This document shows positions 10,729 through 21,926 of a stretch of DNA of 64,000 nucleotides, in pieces. The stretch spans positions 310,001-374,000 of the forward strand of contig NIVC01000184.1 of the NCBI GenBank assembly GCA_002269645.1, in the 5' to 3' direction. Numbering within the stretch: the stretch's first letter is position 1; each line of letters opens with the position of its first letter. Under the pieces are notes generated by a model that was not told the origin of the DNA, ran no database searches, and was given only the letters and a program-made list of their open reading frames with translations. Source of the stretch: Macrostomum lignano (lineage: Eukaryota). The position numbers were made by a program, and so were the translations under genes.

Positions 10729-11172
10729 TTAAGACACTGCTAAGTCCAGCTTCATGAGAGGCAGGTCCCGCTCCCACTGCTGCCACAGAGCCTCCTCGAT
10801 CCTCCCCCAGTCTTCGTCACTGAACCGGTCGCGGAATGACCGGATCATCTCGGCTGGTCCGTCCGAGTACTCAACAATGCTCACACTGCCGGCTGAGTCC
10901 ATGCTCAAGTTGGCCTGAATGAACACGCGCCTCGGTTTGCGCCGAGCAATCACGATGTCGCGCAGACGCTGGAAGTAGGCGTCAACGGTTGAGTAGGACT
11001 CAAAGAATGCCCGGCCGGCTTCCACACTGCAGGTGGACTTGAAGCTCTGCAGGCGCTTCAGGAACTCGCCAATGGCCGGCTTGGCCACGCTGGAGATCTT
11101 GGAGCGGTCCAGGCGGACAGTCAGGTCCGGCTTGCCGTCCTCGCCCGTGATTTCGTCAATGGTGACCAGGCC
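10729..11172 (-). CDS. DPP3: DPP3-A exon 6
   Basis: GLVTI...RLDRSKI...RRKPRRVFIQ; CAG acceptor; TAA stop. Confidence 0.93.
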   Translation of the reverse strand, partial: GLVTIDEITGEDGKPDLTVRLDRSKISSVAKPAIGEFLKRLQSFKSTCSVEAGRAFFESYSTVDAYFQRLRDIVIARRKPRRVFIQANLSMDSAGSVSIVEYSDGPAEMIRSFRDRFSDEDWGRIEEALWQQWERDLPLMKLDLAVS

Positions 11173-14100
11173 CTGGTGATTGTTCGGCAAGGAGATTAGG
11201 AGATTTGCATAATTTGAAGGGAAATTTAAACACGTTGACTGCTTCCTTAAAGTAAAATGGATCTAAACCGAAGCCTACTAAATAGGAATTTACGAGCACC
11301 TGAGATGAGAGTAGAGAACTCTGCATAGCTAAGTCACTTACTGCAGCTAATGCTTTTGAGAGTGGCACGCTAAGAAGACATGAAATCCTCTAGTATAGAT
11401 TGTCGGGTAATGGTTTCAAAACCAAGCTCTCTGGCGCAGAGACGGATGCTCTAGAGAAAAAAATAGTGAATTTTCTTATTCTTGAAAAAAGTCAAGGAAT
11501 ATCAAGGCCAGAGATTTCTCAATTTGGCAATGCGATGTCGCACCTTCGACAAAGGTCGTACCGGTTTCCAAAGTCCAATTAAAAGTGGCAACAAAATTAG
11601 GAACGGAATTACATGCAAGTCAAATAGGCTATATAACTTTTTACCTTTTAAAAGGTAACATTAAAGGTAAGATGGCAGAAACTCACCTGTCCAGCCTCCA
11701 GCATCACGCGGAGCATAACAAATGCCGCCTGACTGTGCGCCTGACGCCAGGTGCCGCCATTCTCAGGTGAGTACATCTCTAACGAAGAGATACCATACCG
11801 AGCAGTGCACAGCCAGTTCACGTAGATCACCTCGTCGGCCTCTGCTTTGTCCGGATGGCCGAACACGGCCAGCACTTCGGGCACGTCGCACAGGTAAACG
11901 CCAACGCACTCGGCGCGGCACTCTTCAAAAGCCGACGCCAGATTGCTAAATTTGCCATCCCAGGTTTCGCCGACTTTGTACCAGCTGGCAACCGGCTTGC
12001 CAGTGACCAGATCTACCACCGAGCTCGGGTCGAAGTTGAACTTGCCGTCAGAGTCCTGCTGGAACAGCTTGCCGCTGCCGTGGCCAAGGAGTTCGTGCAG
12101 GCCTACCTGTGTTGGGCACAGGTGAGAGAAGACACAATTGAATCTCACTACAAGATGGCCAGGTGTGGCAACCAACATCACAACGGATAAAACGGATAAC
12201 TTGAGCAAGACGCTTAACTCTGCACTACTTCAGTTCACCCAGCTGTAAAATGGGTGCCAGCTTTAGCTGGGGTAATTGAGGCTGCGTGGCGACCCCCTCC
12301 CCCCTCCAGTCCATGGACTGGACAGCCGTAGCAATAGCAATAGCTGCGGCTGAGCTGTCGGTTGCACATCTTATTATATTATTATCACTGGAAATTGATA
12401 ACCAGTGACAGTGACATGCTGTCCAAGTGTAGTTGGAACTTTTATATAAGCTCCCCGTGATAAATTTGAACGGGAAATCTCGGATATAGTTTTAAATTTT
12501 AAAAACCTTACTGCATAAAATAAAGTATTTTACCCAACGATTCGGGATGACCGAGAAATATTCAATGATAATAATATTCCTTTTTACGGCCTAGTTGGTA
12601 CTGCAAGCTTTCACTTTAATCATAGATACGGAAATCAGGCATGTGAGACTGAAAATTTTCTGTCTATGGTCGACACTCGCTGGCATAGTGGAATTTAATT
12701 TAATCTTGGGGGCATCAATTTGATCATTCTATGCATTCAATGCACATTTTTACTGTTAGCGAAACCTGTTTTTAACTTGTTTTTACATCATATGATTTTC
12801 AGGGAGACTATGAAGGCAGTCAGGTTCCAGACGTTCATCAATGATCTGGTGCAAAGCGTGACGAGTCGTGGTGATGTACCTGATGGCGAGGAGTCTGTGT
12901 GATCATGGATGACGCCCGTTTTCATCATGGAGTGACAATCCCAGATCAATTTCAGCCCGCTTGACGCCTGGTGACATTGCCTCCATACTCGCCATTCCTC
13001 AATCCTGTGGAGAACCGCGCACGCCTGCCTGAAGGCAGCCATCAAAAGCCAACTGGCTCAACCACAACTGCAAGAGAGCTGGACACTCCGCCTGATGGTC
13101 ATTCGCTACGAGAGTGGCGAATCCTTGTCCTACAGAGGGTTGCACAGGACGCAACCCGTGAAGTAACCGTTGCAAAATGCGGAGGCTGGTACCGGCAGAT
13201 GCTGAGGTTTATTCCAGCCTGACTCGACGACATCCGATGCTAAAGCTTTTATTTGTTTATTTTATTGTTCTGTTTTTTTATTTTCTCAATGATAAGTAAA
13301 CGACTTGTGTTATAGCACTGGATATTATATTAATATAGACTGGCTGTTGAGGACTGAAATGAACTGAAACGTTTAAACGTGCTAGGTTTAAACGTGCGCC
13401 TAGTCCTCAACTGGCTGTTGAGGACTGAAATGAACTGAAACGTTTAAACGTTTCAGTTCATTTCAGTCCTCAACAGCCAGTCTATATTAGTGTTATGGGT
13501 AGGCTGAAGCGCGAACGCACAACGCGGTTTCACGTCCACAGAAACTGTCTATGGTTGAAAAAGCTTTAGCTACGAGTATATGCTTCGTGGCGGTTTCGCA
13601 GTCCGCGGAGACTGTCTATGGTTGAAACCCAAATAGAGTTTGAAGCATTCTTCTCTTGGTGGGTTGGAGAGAAAATAAGATTTAAACAGCTTGAAGGTTC
13701 GGAATTAGCCATGTTTTACTGGGAATGTGTGGTGGTGTGGAGAAGACAGTAACGGCGGACGACCCAACCACACGAAAGTCGATCATTTTGGCCGAAACGC
13801 CGACTGACCCGAATACGTGTCCGGTTCGTGCGATGGAGATGTACCTAGCAAAAATACCAGATGACGTCGGTTGTCTGTGGCCTAAACCGCTGGAACGAGG
13901 GTTTTCCATGGAAGGTTTCTGGTATCACAAGAGCCTTGTACTCGGCAAACACTGGCTTAATGAGTTCATGAAGAAATTGTGTGAGCTGGCGGGACTGAGC
14001 AATCGTGCGCACACCAATCATTGCATACGCGCCTCCGTTGTAACCAACTTAATGGAGGATGGCGTCAGCGTTTCCGAGATTCAAGCCGTGACCGGTCACG

Positions 14101-17080
14101 AACGAGCGGAGAGCGTTGAACATTACAACAAGAGATTGAAGTTCTCCAAAAAAGTCAACCTATCCTGAGCAATCAGTGGGCGACTCTCTGGCACTGCGGA
14201 ACAAACCCTGGCATCGGCTGGTCAGAGCGCCAGCAACGCGGGAACAAGTTCGACTGCTGGATGCATCGTACTGTCACAAAATACGACTGCGTTGGGCATG
14301 CCTGGGTCAACTGTAGCTAACCAGGGCGTATCGATTGGTGCCAACCAGGCGAGCGTTTTTGAGAACTGCAAATTTGAGAATTACACATTCAACATTATAT
14401 GATTAGAATGATCAAATTGATGCTCCCAGAATTAAATTGAAATCCGCTATGCCAGCGAGTGTCGACCATAGACAGAAAATTTTCAGTCTCACAAGTCTGA
14501 TTTCCGTATCTATGATTAAATTGAAAGCTTGCAGTACCAACTAGGCCGCAAAAAGGAATAACAAACCAGAAGTTGCTATGGTAACTATGCTGTAGCTATA
14601 TAAATTGATAGTGAGCCTCCAATACTCTAATACCGTCATGAACAGGTGTACAAGCTTACGAGTAGTCAAAGCTGATACCAAGCTAATAAAACAACAAGCT
14701 GTGAAGTACCTGCAACTCGTTCGCCTGTACAATTCGCCTCATCCAGACATCTCGGTCCTCAGCAGCGAGAAACGTAGTCTTTGGATCCGAGAAACTGCTA
14801 GACAACACGTTACCCAGCGAAACGTTCTTGAATCCCTCCGACTGTCTGATGTCATCGTAGTTGGGAATGTTGATTCCAAGTGGCGGCTCGCTGCTAGCAA
14901 AAGTCACAATCTCCAGCGCAGTGAAGTCAGGCTGCAGAAATTTGTCCTTTTCATAAGCAGCTGGCCACGGAAGCAGCGGCAGAAACTTCTCAGCGTTGGA
15001 AACGAGAGCGTTGAACTTGGCGCTCTGCTCTTTGTTCACCACGGCTACGAAGCTTTCGAATTCGCCGCGAACTCCGAATGGATCTCTGTTGTCAGTAGAT
15101 GGAGCATCGAGTTATTTATTGGCATCTATTATTATCTACTTGTCTAAATTTAAGTTTCGATGGAGTTATAAAGAAGGTACCAATAGTTTGGCCAAATGGG
15201 GAGTAAAAACGCTGTTGGAGACCAGGAGAAGTCAGCCTTGAATCCTTCCCGCCACTGTTTCACTTGTTCCGTGTGACGCTGTATCTTCTTCTTCTGCTTC
15301 GGACGTCTTCTTTACCCTCTTAGGTCCCTTGTGTTGCTTTGTTTTCTCGCGAGACCGAGCTTTCCATGAGAAACTCGGCACCCGAATCAGCAACTTCTCC
15401 CACCCTCTCTGTGGACCGACTCTCGCCCCTTATAGACTTTGATTGCTCCTAAATCCCCACGATCTCCTCAATAAGCACCCGCCAACTGTACTTCCTACTC
15501 CCCTATCGTTTGCGACTTCCCCTAACACCTACCCCAATCCGAGGCTTTCGGATCGTCCGTGACTGTACTGATTCACCATGAGTCGCGGCATGATCAGAGT
15601 GAGTAGAGAGTGCGCCTGTAGCAGAGCATGGAATAGAAGTTGAGGATCAGAGTGGATGATCACCGAGTCTGAGCCGAATCCAGCCAAATAACCATAGCAG
15701 TAACAGTATTCCTAAGTAAGTCCCTGTAAGATGTGCATCACGAGAGAGCTCTGACATTTCTAGTACAGTTGGCGTCAAGAACCTTCGTCTGTTACAGACC
15801 GAGAGTCCCGTCTCGTTAGCGGGAGTTTTCACCGGATGCACTCCCGCACTGGTGACTGGTGGCGGCCACGCCTCTGGCGTGTACACCTTTAAACAACCCG
15901 GGCCCGCTGTCTAGATAATGGGATCTTGGCACTATCCAGAGGCGGACAAAGTCTAGGGGACAAGGCCTGGCGTCTGTACCTATCAGAATATTATTTGCCA
16001 CGCCCGAACCTGTAGGACTCGATGAAGCCCATGTAGGTCTCCACAGCCGGTCCCTTGTCGCGAATCCAGGCCCTCGACCCGGCCTTGTGCTCGTCGATGC
16101 TGCCGCCGGCGAACGAAGCCGCGTAGCGACGCAGCATCTCCGCTTGGTTGGCGTTGAGCGCGGCCGCTTCGGCGTTGCGCAGATGCGGCAGCGCCAGCGA
16201 CATCAGCTCGCGGTAGTCGCCCCGCTCGACACTGAACTTGCCGCTGCGGCCGCTGGCCTCGTCGGTGAAGTCGGTCGGCTCGGCCACGACGCTCGACTCT
16301 GCCGCAGCCTGACGGATGAGTCAGAAATGAGCGATGGGGTTGCCCACTGGTTTTTAATTAGCGCGGCTCTTAAAAACAATTTCTGAATCTGAAGAGCCAC
16401 AATATTTTGTATTGATTTTATCGCCAGGTTATCGATCGCAACTCAGATACCATTCAGTATAAACACGAGCCACACTGAGCAGCTGACCGGTGAAGCGAGG
16501 CTTATGTTGTAAAGAGAATCCCATTAGAGAAAATTCGCACCTGCACGATCCGATAAGAGCCTCCGTCAGCACAATTGAACAGCCTCTAATTAATCTAAAT
16601 TTCGCACCTGCACGATCCGATAAGAGCAGCCGCCTGCAGACTTGAACAGCCTCGTGTTGTAGGCGCTGATCTGCCGGCTGTCCAGAAATGCTTGCGCCAG
16701 TTTCGCGTCAGACTCGTTGCAGTTGTCAGAGAAATAGGCGGTGATCCCGGCTGTGCCGAGGCCCAGCTGCCTGTTGCGCTCCGTGAGGCTGCTGGCAGCA
16801 GCTCGAACGCGTTGCCAGGCAACCCGGACTCGCTCGCTGGAGGCGTGCGCCTCCGAAGCCGTGATGATCCTGGATTTTACCAACAAAAACTAGCTAGAGT
16901 TTAACAGTTAAAGGCTAGCGAGCGAGAGAGGAGAGAGAGAGGAGAGAGAGAGAGGAGAGAGAGGAAGAGAGGGAAGAGAGAGAGAGAGAGGGAGAGAGAG
17001 AGGGAGAGAGAGAGAGGAGAGAGAGAGAGGAGAGAGAGAGGAAGAGAGGGAAGAGAGAGAGAGAGGGAGAGAGAGAGAGG

Positions 17081-17135
<55 letters not shown>

Positions 17136-17898
17136 AGGAAGAGAGGGAAGAGAGTGAGAGAGGGAGAGGAAGAGAAAGAGAGAGAGAGCTCTTGGCATCC
17201 TCTGTTCTGATGTCTATAGCCGAACTAGCAACTTTTTGCCTTTTTATCAAATTGCTCATAAGATCATACACATATATATGCAGCCAAGGTATTTCAACTC
17301 AGCGAAGACAGCAAGTCACGTGACAGCAATCTGCGCAGCCACAAATGAACGAGAACATAGATAATACTCACTTGTCGAGCGCCTCCTCAGATAGATCCGG
17401 CAGAATTTTCGTGTCGCCAAATGATTTATAGTTGCCCAAGTTGCCCAGCACCTGAGTGGCGTACATGAGAAATGCGTCCCAGTCCGCATCGGAGACGCCA
17501 GCTTTGCAGGCGGCTCGCAGCTGCTCAGGCGTCTGTCGCCGGAACACCGACTGCAGCACCAGGAAGAGTCCGGGAGACTCAGCGCTGGTCTGGTGCAGGC
17601 AGATCAGGCCGCCTATCCAAGAGGCCCGGTACAGGTGATAGGCGTACGCCTTCTCAGCCTGGCTCAGCTTCTCAAATGCGGGCCCGCAGGCCAAAAAAGT
17701 CACCGGGGCGTCTGTGGGCACCGTGTAGAGAGATCGGTCCATAACTGGCTGCTGAGTTGCTTGGAGACTCGCTGAGAACAGAGCTACTTGCTGCACTGGT
17801 TGCTGGGTGGGTAGCGAGACTGCTGCTGCTGCTGTGCTTGGCAAGGTTCCAAATCGAGAGGCGGCTGCCACAAGCGGACGAAGCGACGACTTCAAGAA
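10729..17898 (-). CDS. DPP3: Dipeptidyl peptidase III, copy A (intact, six exons)
   Basis: Exons 17742-17372 (extension from 17898/17889), 16869-16608, 16308-16010, 15085-14710, 12106-11687 and 11172-10729. All junctions are GT-AG and phase-compatible. Motifs [21 protein letters not shown] and RQAH. Confidence 0.96.
11687..12106 (-). CDS. DPP3: DPP3-A exon 5 (zinc-binding HELLGH and EECRAE)
   Basis: 420 nt, phase 0/0, GTGAGT donor. Confidence 0.95.
12201..12345 (+). mobile_element. SINE family 1, 5'-truncated
   Basis: CORE-like segment matching 6597-6820. Confidence 0.75.
12810..13222 (+). pseudogene. IS630/Tc1-like transposase C-terminal fragment nested in the Crypton-like element
   Basis: VIMDDARFHH...LPPYSPFLNPVE...KCGGWYRQMLRFIPA, with a frameshift and a stop. 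Confidence 0.75.
13331..13489. repeat. Fold-back MITE-like element containing a 70-bp perfect palindrome
   Basis: 49-bp inverted arms at 13331-13379 and 13441-13489; 13411-13480 is fully self-complementary. Confidence 0.9.
13725..14168 (+). pseudogene. Tyrosine recombinase catalytic C-terminus (DUF3504/Crypton type)
   Basis: CPVRAMEMYL, PLERG...WY...LGKHWL, TNHCIRAS (HxxR), VTGH and EHY. Confidence 0.85.
14710..15085 (-). CDS. DPP3: DPP3-A exon 4
   Basis: [11 protein letters not shown]...[23 protein letters not shown]; 376 nt. Confidence 0.95.
16010..16308 (-). CDS. DPP3: DPP3-A exon 3
   Basis: RGDY...WIRDKGPAVETYMGFIESYR; 299 nt. Confidence 0.94.
16608..16869 (-). CDS. DPP3: DPP3-A exon 2
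   Basis: GLG..GITAYFSDNC...ISAYNTRLFK; 262 nt. Confidence 0.93.
16921..17190. repeat. GA-rich polypurine microsatellite in DPP3-A intron 1
   Basis: About 270 bp of degenerate (GA)n, compared with about 30 bp at the homologous site in copy B (43971-44000). Confidence 0.95.
17372..17742 (-). CDS. DPP3: DPP3-A exon 1 (from the conserved Met)
   Basis: MDRSLYTVP...GNYKSFGDTKILP; GTGAGT donor. Confidence 0.94.
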
Positions 17899-18580
17899 CT
17901 TAAATAAATTGTTGAGACATTCAATAGTAATCACAAGACATGCTTTACCGTAAAATGGGAGTTGCTGAGATGCAAGGACTCAAAGAGGTTTCATTCTTTT
18001 TTATCCCAATTTTAAATCTGACAATAGTGTCCATGCAAAGCTTTTTTTATGCAGTCCACTACACTAGAAGGTATGTCATAGAGAAGCTTAAAACCTATTC
18101 ACCTTAGTGTTTATAAAAAGCGAAAATAAAAAATGTTCAACAAACTTAATGGAATCGATAAGGTTTTATTACTTGGCCAGCTCAGAAACCGGGCAAACGA
18201 TTTGACAACAAAAATCGAACAATAATTCGTAGAAAAAAGACTATTTCCACTTTTTGTTTGTCTTTTATAATTGTCTTCTAGCTTAACAATTAGCAGCAGT
18301 TGACGGCATTTAGGAGCAGAATTGGCAGACTGGTTACAAAGTAAGCATATTAAAAACTACAATTGGTTTACGGCAAAACGCCAAAACATACGAGTAACTA
18401 CAAAGTCTATTAGTAACTTATTTTAATTTTTCTGTTTTCTTAAATCTGCCAAGTGTCACTCAGGACTATCAATTTTGAATTATAAGACTAAATCAACAGT
18501 CAATTTTAAAATTATGATAACTATTTTGAGTTCGATCCATCAACATGGAATAAATCAGCCAGACAACCGAATCCGCGTGC

Positions 18581-19012
18581 TCAGGCCAGCTTCATGAGAG
18601 GCAGGTCCCGCTCCCACTGCTGCCACAGAGCCTCCTCGATCCTCCCCCAGTCTTCGTCGCTGAACCGGTCGCGGAATGACCGAATCATCTCGGCTGGTCC
18701 GTCCGAGTACTCAACAATGCTCACACTGCCGGATGAGTCCATGCTCAAGTTGGCCTGAATGAACACGCGCCTCGGTTTGCGCCGAGCAATCACGATGTCG
18801 CGCAGACGCTGGAAGTAGGCGTCAACGGTTGAGTAGGACTCAAAGAATGCCCGGCCGGCCTCGACACTGCAGGTGGACTTGAAGCTCTGCAGACGCTTCA
18901 GGAACTCGCCAATGGCCGGCTTGGCCACGCTGGAGATCTTGGAGCGGTCCAGGCGGACAGTCAGGTCTGGCTTGCCGTCCTCGCCCGTGATTTCGTCAAT
19001 GGTGACCAGGCC
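18581..19012 (-). CDS. DPP3: DPP3-B exon 6
   Basis: Near-identical to 10729-11172; ends LPLMKLA*. Confidence 0.92.
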   Translation of the reverse strand, partial: GLVTIDEITGEDGKPDLTVRLDRSKISSVAKPAIGEFLKRLQSFKSTCSVEAGRAFFESYSTVDAYFQRLRDIVIARRKPRRVFIQANLSMDSSGSVSIVEYSDGPAEMIRSFRDRFSDEDWGRIEEALWQQWERDLPLMKLA

Positions 19013-19306
19013 CTGGTTATTGTTCGTTTCGAATATTTATAGTTATGGTAGAAAATATCTTAAATTTTACATCTGCTCCTAGTTGAGAATATTGAGACAA
19101 ATTCGCCATAGAGTGGTTTCAGAGTGGTTGCAGGTAACATAGGAAATAGGAAAGTTAAATAGGAAAGAAGTGACTCTAGCTAGACGACCCTAAAACGACG
19201 AGATATCACAGTAAAATGATTTCGGGGCCGTTGTTGAATCTGAAGCGGGCTGGAGTCGCTGGATAATCACTGATTTGCGTCCACAGATACTATTGTAAAA
19301 TAACTA

Positions 19307-20054
19307 CCTTAGTGCGTCCAGAAAGTTCTTGGACACCCCTCCTATCTCTGCATCTGTTCAATCGATTTTTATAAAAATTTACACAAACAGGAACCAATAT
19401 GTAATGAGTTCAGTGCTAAAGTTTCAGCTTAATCGGGTTGACAGAGCAAAAGCAATCGATCATTTACTGAGGAAGCTACGAAATTAGCAATACGATTTAA
19501 AACTCAACAAAATGCAAAAGTTAACGAGCAAACAGTTCAAACTTCAAACTGACAAGTTCCAGAACTTCCGAAAACAGATCACCAATCGTGAAAATCTTCA
19601 GAAGAATCTTCATTCCGTCGAATTGGCGATTCTTTTGCTGTTAAACCATCTGAGGCCGGTTCCGCGTCTCAGCATCTGAATCTGGCTATGCTGCTTACTG
19701 CTTTGTTCTTTTTTTGCTCTTTAATCTACTGGCTAAACCTTCACAGCTTGCATTATTATTAACTCAATTAAGGTATTTATCAATACTCAGCGAAAGCAGT
19801 GATATTTTGCTGATTAATTTTTAGAAAAATGAGCTGCAATGTCACCACTGGAGTCCAGATTCGATGCTCTTCAAAAATCGTTTTGCTAATTTCATAGGTT
19901 CCTCAGTAAATGATCGATTGCTTTCGCTCTGTCAACCCGATTAAGCTGAAACTTTAGCACTGAACTCATTACATACAGGTCCATGTTTGTGTAAATTTTT
20001 ATAAAAATCGCAGAGATAGGAGGGGTGTCTAAGAACTTTTTGGACGCACTAAGG
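19307..20054. mobile_element. Tc1/mariner-type MITE
   Basis: About 190-bp imperfect TIRs starting CCTTAGTGCGTCCA; TA TSD at 19305-06 and 20055-56. Confidence 0.85.
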
Positions 20055-20056
20055 TA

Positions 20057-20507
20057 GATGGGCCACTCAGGCATACATGCGTATTAAAACTGCTTTCTAC
20101 TTTCAGTTCAGTAGCAAAGAATAATGCATAAGCTACTCTATAAAAAATAAGGCAGCTGAAATGACTTTGATAAGTTTAGAAGCCACAAGCTTGCAGGTGT
20201 AAACAACTTGCTAATTGGTTCAGCAATAATGTACATTTGCCACTCCACTGAAATGTACAGGGCAGCTTTAGGCTGGAATTCCGAGAAAGGCAATAAAAAT
20301 TGGGGCGGGGCGGTGCGCGGGGGTAGTGTGGAAAGGCGCCGGTTGGAGGGTTGAGGCTGTTGGGTAGCCAATAAATGGCCAAAATAGCTAAATAGCCAAT
20401 AAATAGACAATAAATGAGCCTTGGCTATAAAATACATCAAGATGCTTCTGTTTAACTTACTACTGAACTGAAAGTAGCTTACGTGCAAATGTGCTGAGTG
20501 GCCCATC
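20057..20507. mobile_element. TA-flanked MITE abutting the previous one
   Basis: TIR GATGGGCCACTCAG and inner CTACTTTCAGTTCAGTAG, both inverted at 20460-20507. Confidence 0.7.
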
Positions 20508-21071
20508 TAGTCATTTTAGAATTTGTGGTTGCGTCTAAATTTGTCTAATTGACTCATTTATGTGACTCGACAGTTGTCTGTCTGTCGCCATACAGTCGTT
20601 TGAGTCGTTTAAACGATGAATTCGATTGGGATAAGTGCTACCTAGAAACTTAGCCCAGATGTCAAAGGCTCATTGTGGGAATTGCAGAAATACTGTGGCT
20701 CAGATGCTTTGAGTCAAAACTCATACGCTCGTAGAGGATCTGATATCTCAGGCTAGATAGCTGGCTTTCAGAGCATGGATGCTTTTTTGCTTTAAACCAT
20801 TGTCCTTAAGAAATTAGTAGTGACTCTTCAAGGTCAAAACCTACATCTATATAAGCTCGAAGTTTATACAAAAAAATGTGGCAGGTGCAGATTGCTAGTT
20901 GGAATTTTAACATTGCATTTGCCATGCCAAAATGACATCAACTTTTTTTCAGACAAATGTCTACACAGCTAGTAAAAACAAGCTAAACCACATTGGCCTC
21001 GACACTACTGCAACAATATAAAGGTGACAGTAGAGATTACGACAGGCACTGAACAGTAAAACAAAACTCAC

Positions 21072-21491
21072 CTGTCCGGCTTCCAGCAGAGCGCGCAAAA
21101 TAGCGAATCGAGCCCGACTGTGCGCCTGACGCCAGGTGCCGCCATTCTCAGGTGAGTACATCTCTAACGAGGCCACCCCGGCCCTGGCCATGCACAGCCA
21201 GTTCACGTAGATCACCTCGTCGGCCTCTGCTTTGTCCGGATGGCCGAACACGGCCAGCACTTCGGGCACGTCGCACAGGTAAACGCCAACGCACTCGGCG
21301 CGGCACTCTTCAAAAGCCGACGCCAGATTGCTAAATTTGCCATCCCAGGTTTCGCCGACTTTGTACCAGCTGGCAACCGGCTTGCCAGTGACCAGATCTA
21401 CCACCGAGCTCGGGTCGAAGTTGAACTTGCCGTCAGAGTCCTGCTTGAACAGCTTGCCGCTGCCGTGGCCAAGGAGTTCGTGCAGGCCTAC
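21072..21491 (-). CDS. DPP3: DPP3-B exon 5
   Basis: HELLGH and EECRAE; 420 nt. Confidence 0.94.
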
Positions 21492-21612
21492 CTGTTCAAA
21501 TAGGCCGCAGATAAGAGAAGTTGATGAAGCAAGTTCGCAAGAGTTAAAATTACGAGTAAAATAGACCGAACTAGACAAACTAAACGAGCAAATACATATA
21601 CAAATTGTCTCA

Positions 21613-21860
21613 GTGCTCTGGTGAGGCGCTCTGATGTGCCAGAGGCCCAGGCTCGATTCCAAGTTCAGTCACATCGACTTGGGTCTCCTCGTGCAGTTAG
21701 CGCCCTTAAGTGCCGACCCCCCCCCCCCAAGCCACCGTGAAGTGTACATGCCTAACGATAAATAAAGTCAGGGCCGCTGATCAGGGGAGTTGGCGGAATG
21801 GGCAGTAATGCCTCTCACGGGTTGCAGGATAATTTCGCTTAAAGTGCATCAGGTTGCACA
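21613..21860 (+). mobile_element. SINE family 2, partial
   Basis: Reverse-complement match to 8757-9117 with an internal deletion. Confidence 0.7.
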
Positions 21861-21926
21861 CAACCTCTGCCTCTGGTAAAAGGCTATAAATTTATACAAA
21901 TTTATAGCAGATGCAACGTGACCAAC

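Larger units (their letters stand above)
12575..14560 (+). mobile_element. Crypton-like element with about 155-bp terminal inverted repeats
   Basis: 12575-12731 is the reverse complement of about 14405-14560 (TATTCCTTTTT(A/G)CGGCCTAGTTGGTACTGCAAGC...). Encloses a YR C-terminal ORF. Lies in DPP3-A intron 4. Confidence 0.75.

Noticed and set aside
15141-15990. Possible solo LTR or LTR plus PBS (TGGCGTCAAGAAC at about 15770) in DPP3-A intron 3
   Set aside because: No second copy, no matching TSD and no coding remnant in the window, so it cannot be supported.
16908-17271. Leu/Ser-rich ORFs
   Set aside because: Translation of the GA repeat in intron 1.
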